Source: a virus | Length of the DNA: 64,000 nucleotides | IMG/VR virus record: IMGVR_UViG_3300027763_000026 | Strand: one strand, 5' to 3' | Shown here: piece by piece, positions 17,342 through 26,106 of the stretch | How positions within the stretch are numbered: position 1 is the stretch's first letter | Layout: the number at the start of each line of letters is the position of its first letter | The notes under the pieces: model-generated | Told to the model about the DNA's origin: nothing | The model's input: only the letters and a program-made list of their open reading frames with translations | Database searches by the model: none | Translations under genes and position numbers: made by a program

Positions 17342-18826
17342 ATGATTTACTCTCTACAAGTTGAACGGCATGTCCTTAGCGGTTTATTAAAATATCAAGA
17401 TCTTTTTGCTGATATTGATGTCTTTTTATCTGAAAATGACTTTTTTAATGACGTTCATTCTACTATTTATTCGGTGTTTAAGAATATCAAATATAAAGGT
17501 GAAATTGTAGATAAAGTCTTGCTAGCAGAAAAGATAAAGAATTTGGGCATATCTTTTAAAGATGAAATTAATATTTTTGACTACATAGACAACTTAACCT
17601 TTTCTCAGATTACAGAACAAGCGACCATGACAGCATGCAAAGAATTAATTAAATTTAGAATAAGGAGAGAGCTTTGTCAAACAGCAGACAATCTCAAAGA
17701 ATACGTTACTAAAAATACAGAAGACTCATTAGACGAAATTATTAGTAAAATAGACGGGATATATAATAAAAAAATTTCATCTTATTCAGAAAACGATACC
17801 CCAATTAATATTTTCGAAGGAGTAGAAGATCTTATCGAAGAAAGAGGAAACTCTCCTAAAGACGAAACTGGGTTGATCACACCTTACTCAGAATTTAATA
17901 GGATGTACGGTGGCTTAAAAAATGGTAATATTTATGCTATCGCCAGTAGACCTGGTCAAGGAAAATCGACTTGGCTTAATGATATTTGTTTTAAAACCGC
18001 TATGAATCCCAAGAATAAAACCAAGACTTTAATTCTAGACACCGAAATGCAAACAGTAGATATTCAATTAAGGATGGTTGCATCTTTAAGTGGCGTGCCA
18101 GTTTGGTATCTTGAAACTGGCAACTGGCGTAAAAATGAAGAAATGACAAGGAAAGTGAGAGAAGCTTGGGGCAAGGTAAAGAAATATGAATATTTTCATT
18201 ATCATGTCGGCAATAAAAACATTGATCAAATTTGTTCTATAATTCGTAGATGGTACCTTTCTAAAGTCGGCAGAGGAAATCAAGCTATGATTGCTTATGA
18301 TTATATAAAATTAACTGGAGAAAAAGTTGGCCAAAATTGGGCAGAGCATCAGGCTATTGGAGACAAAATCGATAAGCTCAAAAGAATATCAGAAGAAATT
18401 CAATGCCCAGTTATTACCGCAATGCAATTGAATAGAACTGGAGAAAGCTTTAATAGGAAAGGCACAGAGGTAGTTGACGATAGCTCAGTCATTTCTTTAT
18501 CCGATAGGCTTCAATGGTTTGCCTCCTTTGTCGCGATCTTTAGAAGAAAAACTTTAGATGAGCTTACTCTAGACGGCCAAACGTTTGGCACACATAAATT
18601 GATACCAACAAAAACTAGGTTTCAAGGTAAGGACGCAGCAGGTCACCAAGACTTGGTGAGGAGATTAGACTCCAAAGGAAAAGAGACATGGGCACAGAAT
18701 TACTTGAATTATCAGGTAGAAAATTTTAATATCGAAGAGCGTGGCTCTTTGACCGATGTCTCTACCTCCCAAAGAGAGCGTTACGAACTTAATGATTCTA
18801 ATCAAAACGACGGAGAAATATTATGA
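17342..18826 (+). CDS. dnaB: Replicative DNA helicase (DnaB family)
   Basis: N-terminal ERHVLSGLL domain, Walker A SRPGQGKS, LDTEM, Walker B YDYIKL, AMQLNR, KTRF. Confidence 0.92.
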   Translation: MIYSLQVERHVLSGLLKYQDLFADIDVFLSENDFFNDVHSTIYSVFKNIKYKGEIVDKVLLAEKIKNLGISFKDEINIFDYIDNLTFSQITEQATMTACKELIKFRIRRELCQTADNLKEYVTKNTEDSLDEIISKIDGIYNKKISSYSENDTPINIFEGVEDLIEERGNSPKDETGLITPYSEFNRMYGGLKNGNIYAIASRPGQGKSTWLNDICFKTAMNPKNKTKTLILDTEMQTVDIQLRMVASLSGVPVWYLETGNWRKNEEMTRKVREAWGKVKKYEYFHYHVGNKNIDQICSIIRRWYLSKVGRGNQAMIAYDYIKLTGEKVGQNWAEHQAIGDKIDKLKRISEEIQCPVITAMQLNRTGESFNRKGTEVVDDSSVISLSDRLQWFASFVAIFRRKTLDELTLDGQTFGTHKLIPTKTRFQGKDAAGHQDLVRRLDSKGKETWAQNYLNYQVENFNIEERGSLTDVSTSQRERYELNDSNQNDGEIL

Positions 18827-19479
18827 GCGTAATTTTAGTGTCAGTAACAAAACCAGAGATTAAACAAATTAAAAATGCAGAAGATTTAGTTGCATTTTGC
18901 GCTAGAGTTAGCAATCCGTCTAATCAAATGAATACTGAGAGCGCCCCAAAACTATTAAAATTTTTAATTAAACACAAGCATTGGAGTCCATTTGAACTTG
19001 TCGATATGTGTGTTGAAATTAAAACTAGTCGTGGAATCGCTGCTCAAATTTTAAGGCATAGATCATTTAGCTTTCAGGAATTTTCGCAAAGATATAGCGA
19101 AGCTACCGATTATGAAGATGTAGAATTAAGGCTTCAAGGAAGTAAGAATAGGCAAGTCGGAGAAGATCTTTTACCAAAAAATCATCCAGAATTTAATAAT
19201 TTAAATGCGCTTTTAGCAGAATCTCTTTCTTTGTCTGAGCATTGTTATCGAACAATGGTAGACAATGGCATAGCTAAAGAAGTAGCAAGAATGGTTTTAC
19301 CCTTGACAACGCAAACTACAATGTATATGAAAGGGTCTTTAAGAAGCTGGATTCATTACATTGACTTGAGAACTCAAGACAATACCCAAAAAGAACACAG
19401 ATTGATTGCTGATCAATGCAAAAAAATATTCATAGACAACTTTCCAGTAATATCAGAGGCATTAGAATGGAAGAATTAA
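18823..19479 (+). CDS. thyX: FAD-dependent thymidylate synthase
   Basis: RHRSFSFQEFSQRY signature, KEVARMVLP, RSWIHYIDLR. Confidence 0.97.
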   Translation: MSVILVSVTKPEIKQIKNAEDLVAFCARVSNPSNQMNTESAPKLLKFLIKHKHWSPFELVDMCVEIKTSRGIAAQILRHRSFSFQEFSQRYSEATDYEDVELRLQGSKNRQVGEDLLPKNHPEFNNLNALLAESLSLSEHCYRTMVDNGIAKEVARMVLPLTTQTTMYMKGSLRSWIHYIDLRTQDNTQKEHRLIADQCKKIFIDNFPVISEALEWKN

Positions 19480-20372
19480 ACGTCTTTCAAGTCCTTACGG
19501 ATTTAGGATATAAATTGAAAGACCATGGTAAAGAATATCGCGCAAGACCTTTATATAGAGATAGCGACAACGACACAGTATTAAAAATAGAAAAAAATAG
19601 CGGTAACTGGTTCGATTTTAAACAGAACATAAGTGGCGATTTAAATTCATTAGTTAAAATAACTTTAAAATTAGATGACGTTGATGAAGCTAAACAATGG
19701 CTTAAGAATAAAAATTTCATATCTCAAGTCGCTTCCGATTTAGAAAAGCCTTTAATTAAATCTTCGAAAAGTTTTGATATAAATATTTTAGATAGACTAG
19801 AGAATCGACACGACTATTGGATCAATAGAAATATAGATCAAGAAACTATATCTCAATTTAAAGGTGGCGTAGCGCACGCTGGCAAAATGAAGAATAGGTA
19901 TGTTTTTCCTATTTTCAATTTAAAAAATAATATCATAGGGTTCTCTGGCAGAGACGTTACAAACATGTCTAAGATAAAATGGAAACATCTTGGGGAAAAA
20001 AGCGATTTTTTATATCCATTATTTTTAAATCATTCTATATTAGAGCAACAAAGGGAAATTATACTGGTAGAGAGTGTAGGAGATATGCTAAATCTATGGC
20101 AAAATGATATTAAAAATGTTTTAGTTACTTTCGGCACGAGCCTTAGCTTGCCCATACTAAATCATATGCTTAAATTAGATATTAAAAAAATATATATCAG
20201 CTTGAATAATGATTCAAATAAAAATATGGCAGGGAATATTGGTGCAGAGAAAATCCATTCTAGGCTCAAAAGATATTTTGATCAACGACAATTTAAAATT
20301 GCACTACCTATTAAAAAAGATTTTGGAGAGATGACAAGGGAGGAGATACTTCAATGGAAAAAAACTCTTTAA
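19467..20372 (+). CDS. dnaG: DNA primase (DnaG-like TOPRIM)
   Basis: Likely start is ATG 19467 (MEELNV). RYVFPIFN...IIGFSGR, KWKH, ILVESVGD, FGTSLS, KDFGEM. Confidence 0.85.
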   Translation: MEELNVFQVLTDLGYKLKDHGKEYRARPLYRDSDNDTVLKIEKNSGNWFDFKQNISGDLNSLVKITLKLDDVDEAKQWLKNKNFISQVASDLEKPLIKSSKSFDINILDRLENRHDYWINRNIDQETISQFKGGVAHAGKMKNRYVFPIFNLKNNIIGFSGRDVTNMSKIKWKHLGEKSDFLYPLFLNHSILEQQREIILVESVGDMLNLWQNDIKNVLVTFGTSLSLPILNHMLKLDIKKIYISLNNDSNKNMAGNIGAEKIHSRLKRYFDQRQFKIALPIKKDFGEMTREEILQWKKTL

Positions 20373-21304
20373 AAGCATTGTCAGCATCTAGAATTAAAAC
20401 TCTTGAAACCTGTTCTTGGGTTTACTGGAACAATTATCACGCTAAAGTTCCTCAAACTCAGAATGAAGGAGCTTTGAGAGGTACAATTTGTCACACAGTT
20501 TTTGAATTACTATTAAGGGAAAGGCACAAAAGACATTATGATATTATAATTAAAAATAATTCGATAAACGGTAGTAAAAGTATATCCAGATTAGTTAAAA
20601 AATTGTCATTGAAGGTCGGCCTTGCATACTCTAATTACGAGTTATTGGATCAAATGATATTAGTCGGACTCAAAGAGGATTTCTTTGGAGAAAATGGTAA
20701 AATAGTAAAACCAGAATATTCTTTTGATATTCAAAACGATCACCCTAAATATCATATTCGTGGGTTTATGGACAAGCCCATTAAAATCAAAAAAGAAATG
20801 CATATAATCGACTACAAGAGCTCTAAATATAAATTCAGAGGAGATGAGCTTGAGGCCAATATACAAGCGATGATGTATAGTCTAGCTAGTAAAAAACTTT
20901 GGCCTAAATTAAAACCTATAATCAAATTTCTTTTTCTTAGATTCCCTAAAAAGCCTACTCAGGAACTTTCATTTAATGACGAGCAAATCAAAGGGTTTGA
21001 ATATTACTTAGAGCATATTAACGAATATATAAATAATTTTGATGAAAATAGCGCAAAGGCTAATTTCGCAGTAGATAGCCAAAAGAATAAATGGATGTGC
21101 GGTATAGGGTCTTGGGTGTGTCCATATAAAGCTTCTTATGATTATTATGTCAAAATAAATGAGGGCGGAGAAATTGTAGAAACCAGCCTAAAGAATGATT
21201 TTAAAAATATTGACGGTTTTAAAATAGAAGCAAGAAAATATGAAGGATGCCCAAAATTTAATAATGCAGAAGAGGCTTCAGAAAAAGATAATTTTTTAGA
21301 TTGA
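20354..21304 (+). CDS. PD-(D/E)xK exonuclease (RecB/Cas4-like superfamily)
   Basis: LSASRIKTLETC, GTICH, IRGFMD...IIDYKSS, QAMMYSL; C-terminal cysteines. Confidence 0.8.
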   Translation: MEKNSLKALSASRIKTLETCSWVYWNNYHAKVPQTQNEGALRGTICHTVFELLLRERHKRHYDIIIKNNSINGSKSISRLVKKLSLKVGLAYSNYELLDQMILVGLKEDFFGENGKIVKPEYSFDIQNDHPKYHIRGFMDKPIKIKKEMHIIDYKSSKYKFRGDELEANIQAMMYSLASKKLWPKLKPIIKFLFLRFPKKPTQELSFNDEQIKGFEYYLEHINEYINNFDENSAKANFAVDSQKNKWMCGIGSWVCPYKASYDYYVKINEGGEIVETSLKNDFKNIDGFKIEARKYEGCPKFNNAEEASEKDNFLD

Positions 21305-21329
21305 TTTTTTATAAAATTGTTGTTAAACT
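21301..21329 (+). promoter_or_regulatory. Sigma70-like promoter
   Basis: TTGATT-17nt-TAAACT with TGn; ATG 7 nt downstream. Confidence 0.65.
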
Positions 21330-21336
21330 AGTATAA

Positions 21337-22083
21337 ATGATACCTCTGTTTAAATCTCACTATTCTTTGGGTAGATCTATCTTGACGCTTGAAGACAAAG
21401 ATAAAAAAGATGATTATCCAGATTCTATTATCCAAATCTGCAAAGAAAACAAAATGAAAGAGCTTTATCTAGTAGAAGATAATATGTCTTCATTTCTTGA
21501 GGCTTACTCAAATTGTCGCAAAAATAATATTAAATTAAATTATGGATTAAGAATATCCGTTACTGACTCAATGAGCGATAAATCTGAAGAGTCAAGGACC
21601 AAGTCTTCGAAGATAATTTTATTTTTTAAAAATAAAAAAGGGTATCAGAGCTTAACAAAACTTTATAGTATCGCAGCAAAAGAAGGATTTTATTACGAAC
21701 CAAGATTAGATTACGAAACAATTTCCAAAAATTGGACGGATGATTTGATTCTATGCATACCCTTTTACGATTCTTTTATATTCAATAATACTCTTAAAAA
21801 TGGCCTCTGTATTCCGCAGTTTGATTTCACAAAACCCATCTTCTTTATAGAAGACAATGACCTACCATTCGATTCGCTAGTCAAGCGAAAAGCTTTATCT
21901 TTTGCAGAGAAGAATAATCTTAAGGTCTATGAAGCGCAAAGTATTTTTTACAAAGAAAGAAAAGACTTTAAAGCTTACCTAACTTTTAGGTGCATTAACA
22001 ATAGAAGCGTCTTAAATAAGCCTAATTTAGACCATATGTCAAGTGACGAATTTTGCTTTGAAAAGCTTTATAAAAGGAACTAA
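21337..22083 (+). CDS. Stand-alone PHP domain of DNA polymerase III alpha (metal ligands lost)
   Basis: SHYSLGRS, NIKLNYG, IILFFKNKKGYQSLTKLYSIAAKEGFYYEPRLD match the DnaE N-terminal PHP domain. Confidence 0.85.
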   Translation: MIPLFKSHYSLGRSILTLEDKDKKDDYPDSIIQICKENKMKELYLVEDNMSSFLEAYSNCRKNNIKLNYGLRISVTDSMSDKSEESRTKSSKIILFFKNKKGYQSLTKLYSIAAKEGFYYEPRLDYETISKNWTDDLILCIPFYDSFIFNNTLKNGLCIPQFDFTKPIFFIEDNDLPFDSLVKRKALSFAEKNNLKVYEAQSIFYKERKDFKAYLTFRCINNRSVLNKPNLDHMSSDEFCFEKLYKRN

Positions 22084-22721
22084 TGGACGAACATCTTTTA
22101 AGATACGACAAAGATAAGACTATAGTTTTTATAGATTGCGAGACCCTTAATCTTTGTCTTAATTTTTGTCATAATATTCCTTGGCAGATAGCGATGATAA
22201 AAGTCAAAGGGGACAAAAAAATAGATCAGAAAAATTTTTATTTAAAATGGGACACAGATTTAAAGATAAGTCAAGAGGCGGCGATAGTCACAAGATATGA
22301 TCATAGAAAAGTTCAAAAAGAAGGCTTTGATCCCAAAGAGGTTTTTCCTACCATAAAAGATTGGCTAGATAACGCAGATTATATCATCGGACATAATATT
22401 TTAGGGTTTGACATTTATCTCATAAAAGAATATTATAAAACTATGGAATCAAATTGGAAAGGTTTAATGGATAAAATCATAGATACTAATGCCATGGCAA
22501 GAGGTATTAAGTATAATTCTATTTACACTCCTAAAGATGACCTACTTGAATATCAATATAAAATTCTTAACACCAGAAAGAGAAACGTTAAAAGCTCTTT
22601 GACTTTTCTCGGCAAAGAGAACGGCATAGAACATGATTATGAAAATCTTCACGATGCGATAAATGATCTTGATTTAAATTTAAAAGTGTGGAACAAATTA
22701 AAATGGCAGATAGAGGTATAA
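22083..22721 (+). CDS. DEDDh 3'-5' exonuclease (DnaQ-like proofreading subunit)
   Basis: IDCETL, GHNILGFD, HDAINDL. Confidence 0.85.
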   Translation: MDEHLLRYDKDKTIVFIDCETLNLCLNFCHNIPWQIAMIKVKGDKKIDQKNFYLKWDTDLKISQEAAIVTRYDHRKVQKEGFDPKEVFPTIKDWLDNADYIIGHNILGFDIYLIKEYYKTMESNWKGLMDKIIDTNAMARGIKYNSIYTPKDDLLEYQYKILNTRKRNVKSSLTFLGKENGIEHDYENLHDAINDLDLNLKVWNKLKWQIEV

Positions 22722-22722
22722 A

Positions 22723-22953
22723 ATGGGTTCATTAGATAACGTTTATGACACTATACAAAAATTAGAAGATTACGGAGTGGAATATCTTCTTATAACTATA
22801 GAAAAAGGAAAGAAGAAAGGTAAAGCCGATGTATTCTATAGCTTAAAAGATAAAGCCTCTATGAAAATCTTATCAAGAGGGCTAGAAATCTTTAATGAAG
22901 AAATAGATAAAATTGAAAAAGAGCAAGAGGAAAACGAAAATGAAGACGAATAA
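22723..22953 (+). CDS. Small acidic-tailed hypothetical protein
   Basis: ORF between dnaQ and dnaE; tail EKEQEENENEDE. Confidence 0.7.
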   Translation: MGSLDNVYDTIQKLEDYGVEYLLITIEKGKKKGKADVFYSLKDKASMKILSRGLEIFNEEIDKIEKEQEENENEDE

Positions 22954-25528
22954 TTATTCTAATATTAAAGATTTTTCTGCTCAATTCGAGAATACAGATC
23001 TAGATATTCATGGAGTTAGATTACCTGAGTTTAAAATTGATCTTGCTTCTAAAAGACATTTAGCTATTAGCGAGGACTCATCAAATTATGATTTTTTAAG
23101 AGCTTTAGCGCTTAATGGTTTTAAAACTTTAAATATCAATAAAACCAATAAAGATTATAAGAAATATGTTGATAGAGCAAAGTATGAGTTAGATACCTTA
23201 AAAGAGTTAGGGTTCATTGATTACGTATTATTAGTCTGGGACGTTATCCATTTTTGTAAAACTAGCGATATCCCAGTAGGCTTAGGCAGAGGTTCAGCAG
23301 CTGGGTCCTTGATATTGTACTTGGTGGGGGTTACCAGAATTGATCCAGTTAAATATGACCTCTATTTTGAAAGATTTATATCTAAGATTCGTGCTAAAAA
23401 GCAGGTTATTGATGGGGTAACATATCTGGATGGCAGTTTGATGTGCGACGTAGATTTAGATATTTGTTATTATAACCGTCAAAAAGTATTACAATATCTA
23501 GAAACTAAATTCAAAGGTAAAACTAGCAAAATATTAACCTTTAATAGTTTAAGCGGTAAATTACTTATTAAAGAGTGTGGTAAAATTATCGCTGAAAAAC
23601 CCGAGCAAGAAATGACTATGATCTCTTCTTTAATTCCTAAAACCTATGGTCAAGTCAAAGATATTTCAGAAGCTTATCAAGAAGTTGAGCAGTTTAAAGA
23701 TTGGTGCGACCAAAATAAAGAAGCGTATCAAATAGCCCTGAGATTGCGAGATTTAATCAAAAATAAAGGAGTACACCCTTCTGGAGTGCTACTTTCTTAT
23801 TACGATTTAGAAACTATATGCCCAACAGAATTTTCTTCGGATAAAGAAGTCGTGTCTAGTTTTGATATGAACTGGGCAAGTGTTTTTAATATAAAGTTAG
23901 ATATTCTTGGCTTAAGAAGCGTTTCTGTCGTAGATAATGTTTGCAAGAGTATTAATATAAAAATAGAAGACATAAATTTAAATCATGAGTCTATTTATAG
24001 GAATTTACAAGATTTAAAATCCCCACATGGTTTATTTCAAATCGAAGCAGAAACTAATTTTAGAGTATGCCAAAAAGTTAAACCGAAAAGTTTAGAAGAG
24101 CTTAGCGGTGTTCTTGCCTTGGCTAGACCTGGAGCCCTTCAATTCGTAGATAAATACGCAGCCCATACAAATTATCAGCAATCAGAAAGTATTCATCCGT
24201 TCTTTGATGAGATTTTAAAAGAAACTGGCGGAGTTGCTTTATACCAAGAGCAATTAATGAAAATGGCCCATAAGATTGGTTTTACTTTGGACGAAGCAGA
24301 AATCTTAAGAAGAATCGTGGGTAAAAAGAAAACCGAAGAGATTAAAGCTTGGAAAGATAAGATCGAGAAAAAATGCGAACAAAATAAACTCCCTATGGAG
24401 ATTAGCGAAATTCTTTGGAAAATTTTAGAAGATTCTGCAAATTATAGCTTCAATAAATCACATTCTATTTCTTACGCAGGATTAGCCGCAATTACTGTTT
24501 ATCTTAAATTTAATTATCCTCAACAATTCTTTTTGTCATTATTAAAAATGACTAGGAATGAGCCAGACCCAATTGGAGAAATATCTAAGATTCAAAAAGA
24601 AATGCATAACTTTGGAATCAGGCTTCTCCCTCCTCATATCATTAAATCAGAAATGGACTTCTCGACTGAGAACAACGATATTAGATTTGGTCTATTATCA
24701 ATCAAAGGGATTAGCGATAAGTCAATAGAAAAATTAAATAGTTTTAGAAATAAATATTCAAATAAATTTGAGATATTTGAAGCCGCAGAAGAAGCTGGAT
24801 TAAATATTGGGGCGCTATCTGCATTAATTCAAGCTGGGGCACTTAGCGGGTTTAATCAATCAAGAAGTAAAATAGTGTTAGAGGTCCAATTATGGAACAT
24901 GCTTACCTCTAAGGAGAAAAAGTACGCTATATCATTTGCGGATAAATTTGATTATGATTTAATTAAAATCATTAAACATCTGAATAAGTTCACTGATGAG
25001 AAAAATAAAGTAGTTATCAAAGACAATAGATTAAAAACTATTAAAGAAAAATATACTCCATATCTAAGTATATATGAACAAAATAATAAAAGTGAAAGTT
25101 TTGCTAACTGGTATTACGAAAAGAAGCTCTTAGGGTATACTTACAATAAAGATCTAAAAGATATCTTTGCAGAAAAAAGAGAAAATCTCAAATACGTATC
25201 TGATGTATTAGATGAACCAGTCAATGCTAAAGTAGCTTTAGTTGGACAGATAGAAGAAATATTTTCTGGTATAGCTAAAAATGCTAAAAAGACAAAGTAT
25301 GTTAGGCTAAAGATATCAGACGAAACAAGCACAGTTAGCGTATTAATATTCAACGATAATATCGAGACAAACAAATTACTCAATGATAGGAGTTTTGAAG
25401 AGGGAAATATTGTTATAGTTAAAGGCTCGAAAAGAGATGATTGTATATTTGGCGATTTAATAGCGATCCAAGATCATGAGATTTATATGAAATTAAATGA
25501 TTTGAAAAAGATTGAGAAAAACAATTGA
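22940..25528 (+). CDS. dnaE: DNA polymerase III alpha catalytic core lacking the PHP domain
   Basis: Likely start ATG 22940. GRGSAAGSL, ITRIDP-like VTRIDP, LYFERF, DVDLD, HPSGV, KLDILGL, ALARPG, YQEQLM, FNKSHSISY, FGLLSIKG; C-terminal OB fold. Confidence 0.95.
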   Translation: MKTNNYSNIKDFSAQFENTDLDIHGVRLPEFKIDLASKRHLAISEDSSNYDFLRALALNGFKTLNINKTNKDYKKYVDRAKYELDTLKELGFIDYVLLVWDVIHFCKTSDIPVGLGRGSAAGSLILYLVGVTRIDPVKYDLYFERFISKIRAKKQVIDGVTYLDGSLMCDVDLDICYYNRQKVLQYLETKFKGKTSKILTFNSLSGKLLIKECGKIIAEKPEQEMTMISSLIPKTYGQVKDISEAYQEVEQFKDWCDQNKEAYQIALRLRDLIKNKGVHPSGVLLSYYDLETICPTEFSSDKEVVSSFDMNWASVFNIKLDILGLRSVSVVDNVCKSINIKIEDINLNHESIYRNLQDLKSPHGLFQIEAETNFRVCQKVKPKSLEELSGVLALARPGALQFVDKYAAHTNYQQSESIHPFFDEILKETGGVALYQEQLMKMAHKIGFTLDEAEILRRIVGKKKTEEIKAWKDKIEKKCEQNKLPMEISEILWKILEDSANYSFNKSHSISYAGLAAITVYLKFNYPQQFFLSLLKMTRNEPDPIGEISKIQKEMHNFGIRLLPPHIIKSEMDFSTENNDIRFGLLSIKGISDKSIEKLNSFRNKYSNKFEIFEAAEEAGLNIGALSALIQAGALSGFNQSRSKIVLEVQLWNMLTSKEKKYAISFADKFDYDLIKIIKHLNKFTDEKNKVVIKDNRLKTIKEKYTPYLSIYEQNNKSESFANWYYEKKLLGYTYNKDLKDIFAEKRENLKYVSDVLDEPVNAKVALVGQIEEIFSGIAKNAKKTKYVRLKISDETSTVSVLIFNDNIETNKLLNDRSFEEGNIVIVKGSKRDDCIFGDLIAIQDHEIYMKLNDLKKIEKNN

Positions 25529-25553
25529 CATTACTTTATATTTAAGATAATAT
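25525..25553 (+). promoter_or_regulatory. Sigma70-like promoter
   Basis: TTGACA-17nt-TAATAT; ATG 6 nt downstream. Confidence 0.7.
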
Positions 25554-25559
25554 ATTAAT

Positions 25560-26102
25560 ATGATATCATTCTACAAACCTAATAGTAAAAATAGTGGAAC
25601 TGCTTGCAGTTTCACAGTAAACGCAAAAGACGCTTCGATTTGGGGCTCATTAATTAAACAGTCCTCTTGGAATGAGGCTAAGAAAATTGGTTCGTTCTCC
25701 GAAAATCAAAATAACCCGAATAAAAGCGTTAAAGTTAAATTTTCATTAACAGAGGCTGCTGGTATTTTAGACGCTATTGAAAGAAATACAGAATTTTCAG
25801 CATATCATACTTCAGAGAAACAGACCACGCGAATTAAATTATGTCCATATATCAGGGACGAAAAACAAGTTGGATTCTCTTATGCGGTGAATAAAGAGGA
25901 CAAACAAAATAGCGAAAATAAACAATCGTATTTGATTGGCTTTTATTTTAATGAGGCTAGATTATTGAAACAATTCTTATCCTACGCTTTAGATTCAGTT
26001 TTTGAATCCCAAAGAATTGAAATGATTAAAAAATTAAAAAATAACCCCAAAGAAACCAAAGAAAAAGAAACAACTACAGAAGAAGATAGCGAGCTCTGGT
26101 AG
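25560..26102 (+). CDS. Putative single-stranded DNA-binding protein, Whirly/PC4-like fold
   Basis: Two predicted beta4-alpha repeats (…VKFSLTEAAGIL…AYH; …GFSYAV…YLIGFYFNEARLL) resembling plant Whirly, plus acidic tail EEDSELW; directly after dnaE. Confidence 0.55.
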   Translation: MISFYKPNSKNSGTACSFTVNAKDASIWGSLIKQSSWNEAKKIGSFSENQNNPNKSVKVKFSLTEAAGILDAIERNTEFSAYHTSEKQTTRIKLCPYIRDEKQVGFSYAVNKEDKQNSENKQSYLIGFYFNEARLLKQFLSYALDSVFESQRIEMIKKLKNNPKETKEKETTTEEDSELW

Positions 26103-26106
26103 TTGA

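Noticed and set aside
20354-21304. Cas4 as part of a CRISPR-Cas system
   Set aside because: No cas1/cas2 or array; stand-alone PD-(D/E)xK exonucleases are common in phage replication modules.
22523-22529. TTACACT copy inside dnaQ
   Set aside because: Intragenic, antisense to the operon and with no suitable start nearby; probably chance.
22050-22970. Split intein joining the PHP and DnaE core genes
   Set aside because: The PHP gene ends EFCFEKLYKRN, matching native post-PHP sequence with no ~100-aa IntN. The core gene start has no IntC (no H/S-N followed by C/S/T block).
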